Made by a program: the position numbers and the translations under genes. This document shows, in pieces, positions 11,634 to 23,370 of a stretch of DNA of 63,410 nt. The stretch's first letter is position 1. Each line of letters opens with the position of its first letter. The DNA is taken from NCBI GenBank assembly GCA_038132575.1, contig JAYPRP010000006.1:1-63410 (forward strand), written 5' to 3'. The DNA is from Rhodospirillaceae bacterium (GTDB lineage Bacteria; Pseudomonadota; Alphaproteobacteria; UBA6615). The notes under the pieces are model-generated. The model worked only from the letters and a program-made list of their open reading frames with translations, was not told where the DNA came from and did not search any database.

Positions 11634-12052
11634 GCGCTCAAGGTCTCCTGTCCGATCTCCCGGGGACGCCCATCCGGTCCTATTGCCACATAGGTGAACA
11701 CGCCCTCGGTCACTTTTTCGCGCACGAAACTCTCGTGACGCCGCGACCAGACCTCGACCCGGAAGGTCACCGAGGTGCGGCCCTGGCGTTCGAGCGTGGC
11801 GTAGCAGGAGACGACGTCACCCACCTTGACCGGCTTCTTGAACGTCATGGACTCAACGGCGATGGTCACGGTCCGGCCGCCGGACAGGTTGCGCGCCGCG
11901 ATCCCGCCGGCAATGTCCATCTGGGCCAGGAGCCAGCCGCCGAAGATATCCCCGCTGGGGTTGGTGTCGGCCGGCATGGCGACGGTCTGGATGCAAAGCT
12001 CCCCGCGCGGCTCGTCCCCCGAATCGTCTGAATCTGCGTTCTTCATTGTCAC
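11630..12052 (-). CDS. acyl-CoA thioesterase (YciA-like hotdog fold)
   Basis: AMPADTNPSGDIFGGWLLAQMD motif. Confidence 0.92.
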   Translation of the reverse strand: MTMKNADSDDSGDEPRGELCIQTVAMPADTNPSGDIFGGWLLAQMDIAGGIAARNLSGGRTVTIAVESMTFKKPVKVGDVVSCYATLERQGRTSVTFRVEVWSRRHESFVREKVTEGVFTYVAIGPDGRPREIGQETLSA

Positions 12053-12161
12053 CTCACGCGCGAATCATCACATATTGCCCACGGTCATCTCCATCCCGGA
12101 ATCCCTTGCGGACGCCCCGGCGCATGACCAGAACCTAAGATTTCTTCTGAGCGAGGCCAGC

Positions 12162-14180
12162 GTGGCACGCGCGAAACGCAAGACCGCAGATCCCGACCTG
12201 TTCGGCGACGCCCCGTCCGGGGGCAGCGACTACACGGCCCAGGACATCGAGGTCCTCGAGGGACTGGAGCCGGTGCGCCGGCGCCCGGGCATGTATATCG
12301 GCGGCACCGACGACCGCGCGCTGCACCACCTGGCAGCAGAAATCCTCGACAATGCCATGGACGAGGCCGTCGCCGGCCACGCCGACCGGATCGAGATGCA
12401 TCTGGGCGACGACGGCGCGCTCGCGATCACGGACAACGGGCGCGGCATCCCGATCGACCCGCACCCGAAGTTCAAGAACAAGTCGGCGCTGGAGGTGATC
12501 CTCACCACGCTCCATTCGGGCGGCAAGTTCGACGGCAAGGTCTATCAGACATCCGGCGGCCTGCACGGCGTGGGCCTGAGCGTGGTCAACGCGCTGGCCG
12601 CGGAGCTGAAGATCGAGGTCGCCCGAGACAAGGAGCTGTGGGCGCAGGAATACGCGCAAGGCCAGCCGAAGGGGAAGCTCAAGAGGGTCAAGGCGGTCAA
12701 CAACCGGCGCGGCACGACCGTGACCTTCCTGCCCGACCCGGAGATCTTCGGCGAGAAGGCCGCCTTCACCGCCGCGCGGCTCTACGAGATGGCCAAGGCG
12801 AAGGCCTACCTGTTCCGCGGAGTCGAGATCCGCTGGTCGTGCGACCCGGAGATCGCGAAGGCCGACGACACGCCGGAAGCGGAGACCTTTCAGTTCCCAG
12901 ACGGCATCCTCGACTATCTGCGCTCCACGGTCGGCGAACGCCCCCTGGTCGGCGCGGACATCTTCGCGGGCCGGGCCGACCTCAGCGGCGCGAACGGCCG
13001 GGTCGAGTGGGCCGTGTGCTGGCCTGCCGACGCGGAGGGCTTCGTCAGTTCCTACTGCAACACGGTGCCGACGCCCGAGGGCGGCAGCCATGTGGCGGGC
13101 ATCCGCGGCGCACTCACCCGCGGCCTCAAGGGCTATGGCGAGCTCACCAACAACCGCAAGGCGGGCCAGCTGACCGCCGACGACATCGCCGACGGCGCCG
13201 CCATCGTGCTCTCGCTTTTCATCGCCGAGCCCCAGTTCCAGGGCCAGACCAAGGAAAAGCTCTCGATGCCCGACGCGGCGCGGATCGTCGAGGCGCAGAT
13301 CAAGGACCATTTCGACCATCACCTGTCGAACGACCGGCAGAACGCCGACGCGCTGCTGGAATGGGCGATCGAGCGGGCCGAGGAGCGCAAGCGCCGCCGC
13401 GAGGACCGGGCGCTCAAGCGCAAGACGGCGGGCCGCAAGTCGCGCCTGCCCGGCAAGCTCGCCGATTGCACGCGCAACAGCGCCGAGGGCACGGAGATCT
13501 TCCTCGTCGAGGGCGACAGCGCGGGCGGCTCGGCGAAGCAGGCCCGCAACCGCGAGACCCAGGCGATCCTGCCCCTGCGCGGCAAGATCCTGAACGTCGC
13601 AAGCGCGTCCGCCGACAAGCTGCGCGGGAACCAGGAGCTGAGCGACCTGATCCAGGCACTGGGCTGCGGCTCGGGCAAGACCTTCGATCTGTCGAAGCTG
13701 CGCTACGAGCGCGTCGTGATCATGACCGACGCCGACGTCGACGGCGCCCATATCGCATCGCTCCTGATGACCTTCTTCTATCGCGAGATGCCCGAGCTCG
13801 TGACCCACGGTCACCTGTTCCTCGCCGTTCCGCCGCTCTACCGCCTCGCGCGCGGCGGCGACGTGGTCTATGCCCTCGACGACGCGGACCGGGAACGGCT
13901 GATGGCGGAGCACTTCACAGGATCGGGCAAGGTCGAGATCAGCCGGTTCAAGGGACTGGGCGAGATGCCCCCGGGCCAGCTGCGCGAGACGACCATGGAC
14001 CCGGAGAAGCGCCAGCTCATCGAGGTGGCACTGCCGAGCGCAACCGACGCGGACAAGTCCCGGGCGCGGGAGGCCAAGGCCACCGCCCAGCTGGTCGAGC
14101 AGCTGATGGGCCGCAAGGCGGAGCTGCGCTTCCGCTTCATCCAGGACAACGCGAAGTTCGTCGCCGAGCTCGACGTCTGA
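12162..14180 (+). CDS. parE: DNA topoisomerase IV subunit B
   Basis: LEGLEPVRRRPGMYIG, GHKL motifs (DNAMDE, DNGRG, GGLHGVG), TOPRIM motifs EGDSA, PLRGK, DADVDG. No GyrB insertion. Start placed at GTG 12162. Confidence 0.95.
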   Translation: MARAKRKTADPDLFGDAPSGGSDYTAQDIEVLEGLEPVRRRPGMYIGGTDDRALHHLAAEILDNAMDEAVAGHADRIEMHLGDDGALAITDNGRGIPIDPHPKFKNKSALEVILTTLHSGGKFDGKVYQTSGGLHGVGLSVVNALAAELKIEVARDKELWAQEYAQGQPKGKLKRVKAVNNRRGTTVTFLPDPEIFGEKAAFTAARLYEMAKAKAYLFRGVEIRWSCDPEIAKADDTPEAETFQFPDGILDYLRSTVGERPLVGADIFAGRADLSGANGRVEWAVCWPADAEGFVSSYCNTVPTPEGGSHVAGIRGALTRGLKGYGELTNNRKAGQLTADDIADGAAIVLSLFIAEPQFQGQTKEKLSMPDAARIVEAQIKDHFDHHLSNDRQNADALLEWAIERAEERKRRREDRALKRKTAGRKSRLPGKLADCTRNSAEGTEIFLVEGDSAGGSAKQARNRETQAILPLRGKILNVASASADKLRGNQELSDLIQALGCGSGKTFDLSKLRYERVVIMTDADVDGAHIASLLMTFFYREMPELVTHGHLFLAVPPLYRLARGGDVVYALDDADRERLMAEHFTGSGKVEISRFKGLGEMPPGQLRETTMDPEKRQLIEVALPSATDADKSRAREAKATAQLVEQLMGRKAELRFRFIQDNAKFVAELDV

Positions 14181-14320
14181 CCCGTCACGGAAACGTGCCC
14201 GGCCGCAATTTGGCCAAACTCCCGACCGACACTACATAGGAACGTGCAAACAACGCGTTCGCCGCTTGCCCGGCCATGACCGACCGTCACCGACCGACAA
14301 CAGGCACCGGAGTTTCGACC

Positions 14321-14905
14321 ATGTCCCGCAAGCTCTTGAATCCGAAAATCGCCGCCCTCCTCGCGGCGACCGCCGCGCTCGCCGCCTGCACCGGCGTCAC
14401 CGTGTCCCGCGTGGATCATGCAAACCAGTACAACCCGTTCGAGGCCGCCGCGGCCGGCGGCGGCGACCGCCAGATGCGGGCCGTCGTCCTCGGCAACCCC
14501 TTCGACACGCCCCAGGCGGAACTCGAGGGCGCGGTGATCGCGGCCATGCAGGACACCAACTTCGGCGTGCCGCTGAATTTCGCCCTCGACCCCGCGAATC
14601 CGGACACCAGCCGGCCCTTTCGGGTGGTGATGGCCTTCAACCCCGACGGACTCCGCGATCCCGGAAAGCTGTGCGAGGCCACGGACGTGAAGACGGCATC
14701 ACCGACGGACGGCCGGGTGACCCTGATGGCCGCCTTCTGCTCGAAGGAATCCTACCTGAGCCACGCGATCGCGCGCGCCGGGGATGTCGGCGGCACGGGC
14801 AGCAAGACGTTCGGCGACATGATCTTCCAGCTCACCGCATCGCTGTTCCCGAGCCGTAACCCGAACGACCAGTCGGCCGGCGAGCCGCCCCTGCCCGCGA
14901 CCTGA
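14321..14905 (+). CDS. lipoprotein of unknown function
   Basis: MSRKLL...ALAAC lipobox, host-like codon usage. Confidence 0.75.
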   Translation: MSRKLLNPKIAALLAATAALAACTGVTVSRVDHANQYNPFEAAAAGGGDRQMRAVVLGNPFDTPQAELEGAVIAAMQDTNFGVPLNFALDPANPDTSRPFRVVMAFNPDGLRDPGKLCEATDVKTASPTDGRVTLMAAFCSKESYLSHAIARAGDVGGTGSKTFGDMIFQLTASLFPSRNPNDQSAGEPPLPAT

Positions 14906-14915
14906 TCCGGCAAAC

Positions 14916-15628
14916 CTACCCGTAGAGCAGCCACTGACGCATGAGCGCCGTGGCCGCCTGGGGCCACTCCATCGTGGAGAGGTGCCCGCAATCCTCGATC
15001 ACGGCGAGGCGCGCGCCGGGAATGCCCGCGGCCATTTCCTCTGAAAGGTCGAGCGGCGTCAGCGCGTCCAGGCGGCCGCAAATGACAAGTGTCGGCACCC
15101 CGTGCTCGATCAGGAACGGGCGGCTGTCGGGACGGCCCATGATGGCATTCTGCTGTCATGTAAATGCTTCAGAAACAATGTTTTGTGACATCTTTTTGAT
15201 ATCTTCTGTAAGCTTTGTTTCGACGAGCCGGTCCGCGTGGACGAGGATGGGCAGCAGCCTGTCCGTTACCCCTTGAACTTACCGAACCGCGTCATGTCGA
15301 TGAGCTGTTTGCGGCGCACAAGCTGGTCTTCGGTGTCGGCCCGGGCCGAGGTGTCGATCAGGGCGAGCCGGGTCACCCGGCCGGGCGCGCGGCGCATGAT
15401 CGCGTGGGCCACATAGCCGCCCATGGAGAGCCCTGCGAGCGCAAAACGCTCGAGCGCGGCGGCCAGCACCCGGTCGGCGAGCGCGTCAACGGACTCCGCG
15501 CCGGTGATGTCCGCGACGCTGCAATCCGCGATATCCGACAGATGTTCGCTCTGATGGGCCCACAGGCGCGCATCGCAGAGCAGGCCCGGAATCATCACGA
15601 GGTTCTGACGCTCGGGAGCGGCGGTCAT
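14916..15628 (-). pseudogene. alpha/beta fold hydrolase, disrupted
   Basis: PGLLCD, GLSMGG and CGHLS motifs. One base missing in the run at 15269-15272 and an in-frame TGA at 15156-15158. ATG overlaps the upstream gene's stop. Confidence 0.85.
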
Positions 15629-17610
15629 GCGTCGCCCTCCAGCGAAACGAGCGTGCCCGGGGCCAGGGGGCCATCGTTTCGCGCGCGCCAAAGCCCGCGG
15701 TAGGCATTCTCGAGCTTGCGCGCGAACCCGTCGCCGGTATCCACGATTTCCAGCGCCGCGTTGAGCGTGTCCCGATGGTTCACCCCGGACGCCGACGCCA
15801 CCGCGCTCTCCACATAGGATTCCGTCGTGTCCGCAACCAGGTCGGCAAGCCCGTAGGCCCGGCACAGGCTCGCGCCGACACGTGCGGGCATGGCAGCGCC
15901 GATGCGGGTCAGCACCGGCAAGCCCTGGGAAATCGCATCCGCGGCGGTCGAATGGGCACCGTACACGAAGCTGTCCAGGAACAGATCGGCATGGCGATGG
16001 CGCGCGAGGTGATCGGCCATGGCCGGTGCTGTCGGCGCGAGGACCAGCCGTAACGGGTCGATCCCGGCCGCGCCGGCCGCCGCGCGAAGGTTCTCTGTCG
16101 TCTCCGGCGCATGTTCGCGCAGCCAGAGGACCGACCCTTCGACGCGTTCGAGGATCGTCATCCACGCGGCGAAGGTCTCGGGGTCGATCTTGGTCGGGGC
16201 GTTGAAGGCGCAGAAAACGAAACCATTGTCCGGCAGGCCATGGTCCGCACGGGTGCCCGCGTCCACGGCCGCTCGGTCGAACCTGTTGAGGGGCATGAAG
16301 GTCCCGGGCAGATGCGCCACCGCCTCGGGGAACAGATGTGCGGCCTCGGGCGGCAGCACATCGCGGTCGGCCAGCAGCACGTCGTTGAGCCCCCCCATGG
16401 ACCCGCAGTAGCCGAGCCAGCCGACCTGTAACGGTGCTGGACGCGCCGCAAGAATCTCGGGCCGCGCGCCGAGGGTGAAGCCGCCGAGATCGACGAGGAT
16501 ATCGATGCCGGCTTCGCCGATGCGTCGGGCCGCCGCGGCGGGTGAGCAGTGCGAGACGTCCTCGACCCGGGCCATGCCTGCATATATCGCCTGCTGGGCA
16601 TCGCTGCCGTCCAGGCCAGCGAGCGTGAAGGCGGTAACGTCGAAGCCGTCGGGATCGTGGCGCGGCAGAAGATCGGCAAGCAGGCGTCCCACGGGATGGC
16701 TGCCAAGGTCGGCTGAGAGATAACCGACCCGCAGACGCTCACGCGCGGCGGAAGCCGGCACCGGTGCCGCGATGCCCGAAGAGAGGGTTTGCACGCGGGC
16801 CGCGCTCACCCGGTTCAGCGCGTCCTGTTCAAAGGGTAGAAACAGCGCGACCAGCGGCGAGAGCTCGGACAGGAGACCGGATTCCGCGCCGACGAGCCGC
16901 CGGAAGTTCTCGACCAGCTTCGGGTAATCCTCCCAGTCGCAGGCGTGGAGCGCGGCATAGAAGAGCTGGGCCGCCGCACGTACGAAGCCTGGATCACGCT
17001 TGAGCGCCGCGCGGTAGCGTTCCGACGCGCCGGCATAGTCCCGAAGCGCCGACAGGGTCGCCCCGAGGCTGTGCTGGGTCTCGGGATCGTCCGGCGCCGC
17101 GGCGACGGCGGCCTCCAGGGTATCCCGGGACTCGTCCAGCCGCCCCACCTGCCGGTAGAGGTTGCCAAGATTGGCCAGCACATGCGGATTGCCGACGTCC
17201 CGGACGCTCTCGAGCCGGGCGATCGCCTCGTCCCGCCGGCCGGCAAGTGCCAGCGCCCCGCCGAGATTGAACAGGAGGTCCGCGTTGCCGGGATCTAGAT
17301 CGACCGCCGCCTCGTAGTCCGCGACGGCGGCGTCGATTTCCCCGAGATCGAGGCGCAGCTTGGCGAGGTTCGCCCGGATCGGGCCGCTTTCGGGTGCCAG
17401 TTCGGCGGCCCGGGAAAGCAGTTCGAGACCCGCCGCCGGATCGCCGGTCTGGGCCAGGAGAATACCCTTGAGCTGGAGCGCCTCGGCGTGATCGGGCGCA
17501 CGAGCGAGGACGGAATCGTACAGCCGGGCGGCCGCGTCGAGGTCGCCGGCGCGGTGCCGCGCGCGCGCGTCGGCGACGATTGCGTCCGGATCGCTCGGGT
17601 TTTCGTCCAT
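15625..17610 (-). CDS. TPR-repeat O-GlcNAc transferase/SPINDLY-like glycosyltransferase (GT41)
   Basis: N-terminal TPRs, then LRVGYLSADLGSHPV, IDILVDLGG, PAPLQVGWLGY, FCAFNAPTKI, ADLFLDS. Confidence 0.9.
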   Translation of the reverse strand: MDENPSDPDAIVADARARHRAGDLDAAARLYDSVLARAPDHAEALQLKGILLAQTGDPAAGLELLSRAAELAPESGPIRANLAKLRLDLGEIDAAVADYEAAVDLDPGNADLLFNLGGALALAGRRDEAIARLESVRDVGNPHVLANLGNLYRQVGRLDESRDTLEAAVAAAPDDPETQHSLGATLSALRDYAGASERYRAALKRDPGFVRAAAQLFYAALHACDWEDYPKLVENFRRLVGAESGLLSELSPLVALFLPFEQDALNRVSAARVQTLSSGIAAPVPASAARERLRVGYLSADLGSHPVGRLLADLLPRHDPDGFDVTAFTLAGLDGSDAQQAIYAGMARVEDVSHCSPAAAARRIGEAGIDILVDLGGFTLGARPEILAARPAPLQVGWLGYCGSMGGLNDVLLADRDVLPPEAAHLFPEAVAHLPGTFMPLNRFDRAAVDAGTRADHGLPDNGFVFCAFNAPTKIDPETFAAWMTILERVEGSVLWLREHAPETTENLRAAAGAAGIDPLRLVLAPTAPAMADHLARHRHADLFLDSFVYGAHSTAADAISQGLPVLTRIGAAMPARVGASLCRAYGLADLVADTTESYVESAVASASGVNHRDTLNAALEIVDTGDGFARKLENAYRGLWRARNDGPLAPGTLVSLEGDA

Positions 17611-17735
17611 CGCGTCCTTCTTCCAGAATCCGACAATCCATGCAATCCCCTATGGAATCACTGGACTTTCCGGCACTTCGCGGCCATTTTCCGCCCCATA
17701 CGCGCCCGAGCGCGATTTCAACGCAGACGAGCGAT

Positions 17736-19181
<1,446 letters not shown>

Positions 19182-19216
19182 ACTTTCGCCACGCCCCCGC
19201 AACGGATGAGTGTGTG

Positions 19217-19459
19217 ATGCAGACCATTTTCGTGCAGGTGAAATGCTAACTCGGCCGGGCCTATGACGTCGCCGACGAGGCCGCGCTGAACATCGATCAG
19301 GTCTCGGAGGTCTATTCCACCTCGGGCCAGTTCGACCTGCTGATGAAGTGCTACCTGGCCGACGATACGGATATCGGCCATTTCGTCACCAGTAACATCC
19401 AGACCCTGCCGGGCGTCGCCGACACCTTCACCACGATTACGTTCAAGGCATTTACCTGA
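19217..19459 (+). pseudogene. stand-alone Lrp/AsnC ligand-binding (RAM) domain protein with premature stop
   Basis: MQTIFVQVKC*LGRAYDVADE...SEVYSTSGQFDLLMKCYL...IQTLPGVADTFTTITFKAFT. TAA at codon 11 (19247-19249). Missing from the ORF track. Confidence 0.8.
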
Positions 19460-19509
19460 ACCGATCTGGCGAAGCTGAAGCCGACACACCCCATTCGACG
19501 GATTTACCC

Positions 19510-19986
19510 ATGACAGATATCGAACTCCCCGACCTGCGGGGCGAGCATCTCTTCACCGCAAGTTTCGATGTGGCCACGCCGACTGTACTGGAGAACACCC
19601 CCTACGGGACGCGCATCATCGCGGGCATCAACGGCGGTACGTTCGAGGGGCCGAAGATGAGGGGCACGGTCGCCCCGATTCCGGCCGGCGACTGGATCCT
19701 GATCCGCAACGACGGCACCTGGCAGATGGATGTCCGCCTGACGCTGGTCACGGACGACGACCATCACATCTTCATGACCTATCGGGGCGTGCGACACGGC
19801 CCCCAGGAGGTCCTCGACCGGCTGGCGAAGGGCGAACCCGTGGACCCGTCGGAGTACTATTTCCGCAACACGCCGTGGTTCGAGACCGGCTCGGACAAGT
19901 ATGACTGGCTCAACCGGATCGTTGCCGTCGCCACGGGGCACCGATTCCCCGAGGGGCCTACCTACAAGGTGTACGAGATCCTGTAG
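19510..19986 (+). CDS. DUF3237 family protein
   Basis: GGTFEGP, GDW...R.DG...DVR, YYFRNTPWFET, YDWLN. Confidence 0.88.
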   Translation: MTDIELPDLRGEHLFTASFDVATPTVLENTPYGTRIIAGINGGTFEGPKMRGTVAPIPAGDWILIRNDGTWQMDVRLTLVTDDDHHIFMTYRGVRHGPQEVLDRLAKGEPVDPSEYYFRNTPWFETGSDKYDWLNRIVAVATGHRFPEGPTYKVYEIL

Positions 19987-20029
19987 CGCGCAGCGCTGGC
20001 TCCGGCGCACCCGGTGCCGCCGAACCGCG

Positions 20030-20419
20030 CTAGCCCTTAGCGTCTTCCTCGGCCAGGACCTTCTGGGCCGCGCGAAATGCTTCCATCCCCGCCGGCGCAC
20101 CGCAATACATGGTGATCTGCAGAAGCGCCTCGCGGAGTTCCTCGCGGGTCAGGCCATTGTTGATGGCGCCGCGGAAATGGCCCTCGAACTCGTTCATGCG
20201 GCCGAGCGCGGCAAGCATTCCGAGGTTGAGCAGGCTGCGCTGCTGGCGCGTGAGCCCGTCCCGGCCCCACACCGCACCCCAGCCCATCTCGGTGATGAAC
20301 TGTTCCATGAAGTCGCGATTGAAGTCGTCGAGGTTCGCCATGGAGGCGTCGACGCGCTCGTCGCCCATGACCTCGCGCCGGATCTTCGCACCCTTCTCGT
20401 GGAGTTCCTTGTCGATCAT
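20030..20419 (-). CDS. carboxymuconolactone decarboxylase family protein
   Basis: G.KIRREVMG, WGAVWGRDGL, H.RGA.NNG, YCGAPA. Confidence 0.9.
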   Translation of the reverse strand: MIDKELHEKGAKIRREVMGDERVDASMANLDDFNRDFMEQFITEMGWGAVWGRDGLTRQQRSLLNLGMLAALGRMNEFEGHFRGAINNGLTREELREALLQITMYCGAPAGMEAFRAAQKVLAEEDAKG

Positions 20420-20429
20420 CGCGTACCTC

Positions 20430-21440
20430 CTATTTCGCGGCCGGGAAACGATCCCGGTCGTGCGGCGCACTGTAGTGGCCTTCCTGATCCTCGGGACCGA
20501 CCGGGATGATGCCGTTCGGGTTCACCCGCTCGATGCCGTAGTAGTTGATCTTGGCGTAGTCGAAGCTGAACGTCTCGGCGATGCCCGGAATCTGGTAGAG
20601 CTCGCGGGTGTAATTGGTGAGGTTCGGATAGTCGGCAATCCGCCGGATGTTGCACTTGAACGCGCCAACATAGCAGGCATCGAAGCGGATCAGGGTCACC
20701 CACAGGCGCCAGTCCGCCTCGGTCAGCCGGTCGCCGACGAGGTAGCGTTGTTTGCCGAGCCGATCCTCGAGATCGTCGAGGGTTTCGAACAGCGCGACGA
20801 CCGCCTCCTCGTACGCCTCCTGGGACGATGCAAAGCCGGCACGATAAACGCCGTTGTTGACGGTGTGATAGACGACCTCGTTGATCGCATCGATCTCCTC
20901 GCGCAGATCGGCCGGGTAGTAGTCCTCCATCGCGTTGGTGAACGCGTCGAACGCGGTGTTGAACATCCGAATGATCTCGGAGGATTCGTTGTTCACCACC
21001 TGGTTGGTCTGCTTGTCCCAGAGCGTCGGCACCGTGACCTTGCCCGTGTAGTCGCCCTTGGACGCCGTATAGGCCTGGTGCAGATGCTCGAAACCGTTCA
21101 CATGGTCGGGCACGCAGTCGGGAAAGTCGGGATTGTCGGCGTAGGTCCAGCCCTGGCTGTGCCGGCCGGGCTGGGCCATGGAAACGGTGATCGCGCTGTC
21201 GAGCCCCTTGATCGTGCGGAAGATCAGCGCGCGATGGGCCCACGGACAGGTATGCGCCAGATACAGATGATAGCGCCCGGGTTCTGCGGCGAAACCCGCC
21301 TCGCCGGTCGGACCGGCGCTTCCGTCTGCGGTCACCCAGCTTCGAAACTGGCTTTCCGAGCGGTTGAACTTTCCGTCTTTCGCGACCTCGCGCGCCGTGG
21401 CGTCATTGTCGAGCCACTTGCCGTCGAGCAGCATTCCCAT
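20430..21440 (-). CDS. yqjG: glutathionyl-hydroquinone reductase (GST Xi/omega class)
   Basis: RYHLY...CPWAHR, TVPTLWD, NNESSEI, NNGVY, FKCN. Confidence 0.92.
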   Translation of the reverse strand: MGMLLDGKWLDNDATAREVAKDGKFNRSESQFRSWVTADGSAGPTGEAGFAAEPGRYHLYLAHTCPWAHRALIFRTIKGLDSAITVSMAQPGRHSQGWTYADNPDFPDCVPDHVNGFEHLHQAYTASKGDYTGKVTVPTLWDKQTNQVVNNESSEIIRMFNTAFDAFTNAMEDYYPADLREEIDAINEVVYHTVNNGVYRAGFASSQEAYEEAVVALFETLDDLEDRLGKQRYLVGDRLTEADWRLWVTLIRFDACYVGAFKCNIRRIADYPNLTNYTRELYQIPGIAETFSFDYAKINYYGIERVNPNGIIPVGPEDQEGHYSAPHDRDRFPAAK

Positions 21441-21469
21441 CGTTCTCTCCCGGTGCGGCGCGGGCCGCG

Positions 21470-22030
21470 CTAGTCCTGCAGGGGTTTCTTGAGTTCGGAT
21501 TCCGGCTCACCGTCGTGGAACCGCGCCGCAAGATCGGCCATGTCGATCTCGACACCGATCGGCTCTCGATCGAACGCACCCGTCGCGAACCACTCGTTCA
21601 GGGCCGCAACACTCTCGAAATTGTCGGTCTGGAGCTCGACGGCATTGCCATCGGGGTCGTGGTAGTAGAGCGATGTCGTGGGACCGTGATTGATCTGCCG
21701 ATAGGGCATGATGTCGAAATCCCGGAGCCGCTCGAAGACCGCGATCAGGTCGCCAAGCGAATGATAGGTGTAGGCGAAGTGCGCCATGCCGAGCGAGTTC
21801 GGCACCGGGTCCGCCAGGTCATCGCGCTGGATGATCGCGACGCGGTGATGCTCATCATCGTAGGTCAGGAACGACAAACCCTTTGAATCTGCCGTGATCC
21901 GAGCACCCAGCACCTTGCAGTACCAGTCCACCATCTCCGGCCGGTTCTTCGTGTACAGCACGATGTGGGCGAAATAGGCCGGGCTCGGGGTGTCGTTGGG
22001 CTCCGGGACCTGCGCATAGGCTTCGGACAT
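21470..22030 (-). CDS. VOC/glyoxalase family protein (extradiol dioxygenase-like)
   Basis: AHIVL, FLTYDDEHHR, HFAY, NHGPTTSLYYHDPDGNAVELQ. Confidence 0.88.
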   Translation of the reverse strand: MSEAYAQVPEPNDTPSPAYFAHIVLYTKNRPEMVDWYCKVLGARITADSKGLSFLTYDDEHHRVAIIQRDDLADPVPNSLGMAHFAYTYHSLGDLIAVFERLRDFDIMPYRQINHGPTTSLYYHDPDGNAVELQTDNFESVAALNEWFATGAFDREPIGVEIDMADLAARFHDGEPESELKKPLQD

Positions 22031-22179
22031 CGATCAGTCCTCGCTGTTTTCATGGTTGCCGGATACTAGCAGACGCGGTGCCGCGGCACAGCCTCGGTGC
22101 ATTATGTTGCCGCGCACGCATGGCCCCCACGCCGATGCACGGATATAACCGAACCTCCGCAACCGGAAGGACAAGACCG

Positions 22180-23337
22180 ATGGCCCTCGATCCGGAGACC
22201 CTCGACCAGCTACTCGACACGGTGCGGCGCTATGTGCGCGAGCGGCTAGTGCCGCTGGAGGCCGAGGTGGCCGAAAACGACGCCGTTCCGCCCGAAGTGA
22301 TCGCGGAGATGCGCGACCTGGGCCTGTTCGGGCTGTCGATCCCGGAGGAACATGGCGGGCTCGGGCTCTCGGTCAGCGACGAGGTCCGCGTGGTCCAGGA
22401 ACTCGGCTGGACGTCACCGGCCTTCCGCTCCGTGTTCGGCACCAATGTCGGGATCGGCTCTCAGGGGATCGTTATCGACGGCACCGACGCACAGAAGGCC
22501 CACTGGCTGCCACGGCTGGCAAGTGGCGAGATCATCGCCTCCTTCGCCCTGACGGAACCCGAGGCGGGCTCCGACGCGGGCTCACTCCGCACCTCGGCAC
22601 GGCGCGACGGCGATACCTATGTCCTGAACGGTACCAAGCGCTACATCACCAACGCGCCGCATGCGGGCATCTTCACCGTCATGGCGCGCACGGATCCCGA
22701 CGAACCGGGCGCGCGCGGGGTGTCGGCCTTCATCGTCGAGCGTGACAGCCCCGGCCTCAGCGTCGGGCCCCACGACCGGAAGATGGGCCAGCAGGGCGCC
22801 CACACCGCCGACGTGGTGTTCGAGGACTGCCGGGTCCCGGCCGAGAACCTGATCGGCGGCGTCGAGGGCCAGGGCTTCAAAACCGCGATGAAGGTGCTCG
22901 ACCGGGGCCGGCTGCACATGGGCGCCATCGCCAACGGGATCGCCGAGCGGTTGATCGACGAATGCGTGCGCTACGCGAACGAACGCCGCCAGTTCGGCAA
23001 GACGATCGGCGAATTCCAGCTCGTCCAGGCGATGCTCGCCGACAGCCGGACCGAGGCCTATGCCGGGCGGACGATGGTCGAGGATGCCGCGCGGCGTTTC
23101 GATGCGGGCGAGTCCATCGTCACCGAGGCGGCGTGCTGCAAGCTCTACTGTACCGAGATGGTCGGGCGGGTCGCCGACCGGGCGGTGCAGATCTTCGGCG
23201 GCGCCGGCTACATGGCCGAATATCCCATCGAACGCTTCTATCGCGACGTGCGGTTATTGCGTATCTATGAGGGCACATCGCAAATCCAACAAATCGTGAT
23301 CGCGCGCAACATGTTGCGCGACGCCGCGAACAGCTAG
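22180..23337 (+). CDS. acyl-CoA dehydrogenase
   Basis: FALTEPEAGSD, LNGTKRYITN, RRQFG, QIFGGAGY, RIYEGTSQIQ. Confidence 0.95.
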   Translation: MALDPETLDQLLDTVRRYVRERLVPLEAEVAENDAVPPEVIAEMRDLGLFGLSIPEEHGGLGLSVSDEVRVVQELGWTSPAFRSVFGTNVGIGSQGIVIDGTDAQKAHWLPRLASGEIIASFALTEPEAGSDAGSLRTSARRDGDTYVLNGTKRYITNAPHAGIFTVMARTDPDEPGARGVSAFIVERDSPGLSVGPHDRKMGQQGAHTADVVFEDCRVPAENLIGGVEGQGFKTAMKVLDRGRLHMGAIANGIAERLIDECVRYANERRQFGKTIGEFQLVQAMLADSRTEAYAGRTMVEDAARRFDAGESIVTEAACCKLYCTEMVGRVADRAVQIFGGAGYMAEYPIERFYRDVRLLRIYEGTSQIQQIVIARNMLRDAANS

Positions 23338-23370
23338 AAATACGAGACAGACAAGCAAACGGGGGATGCC

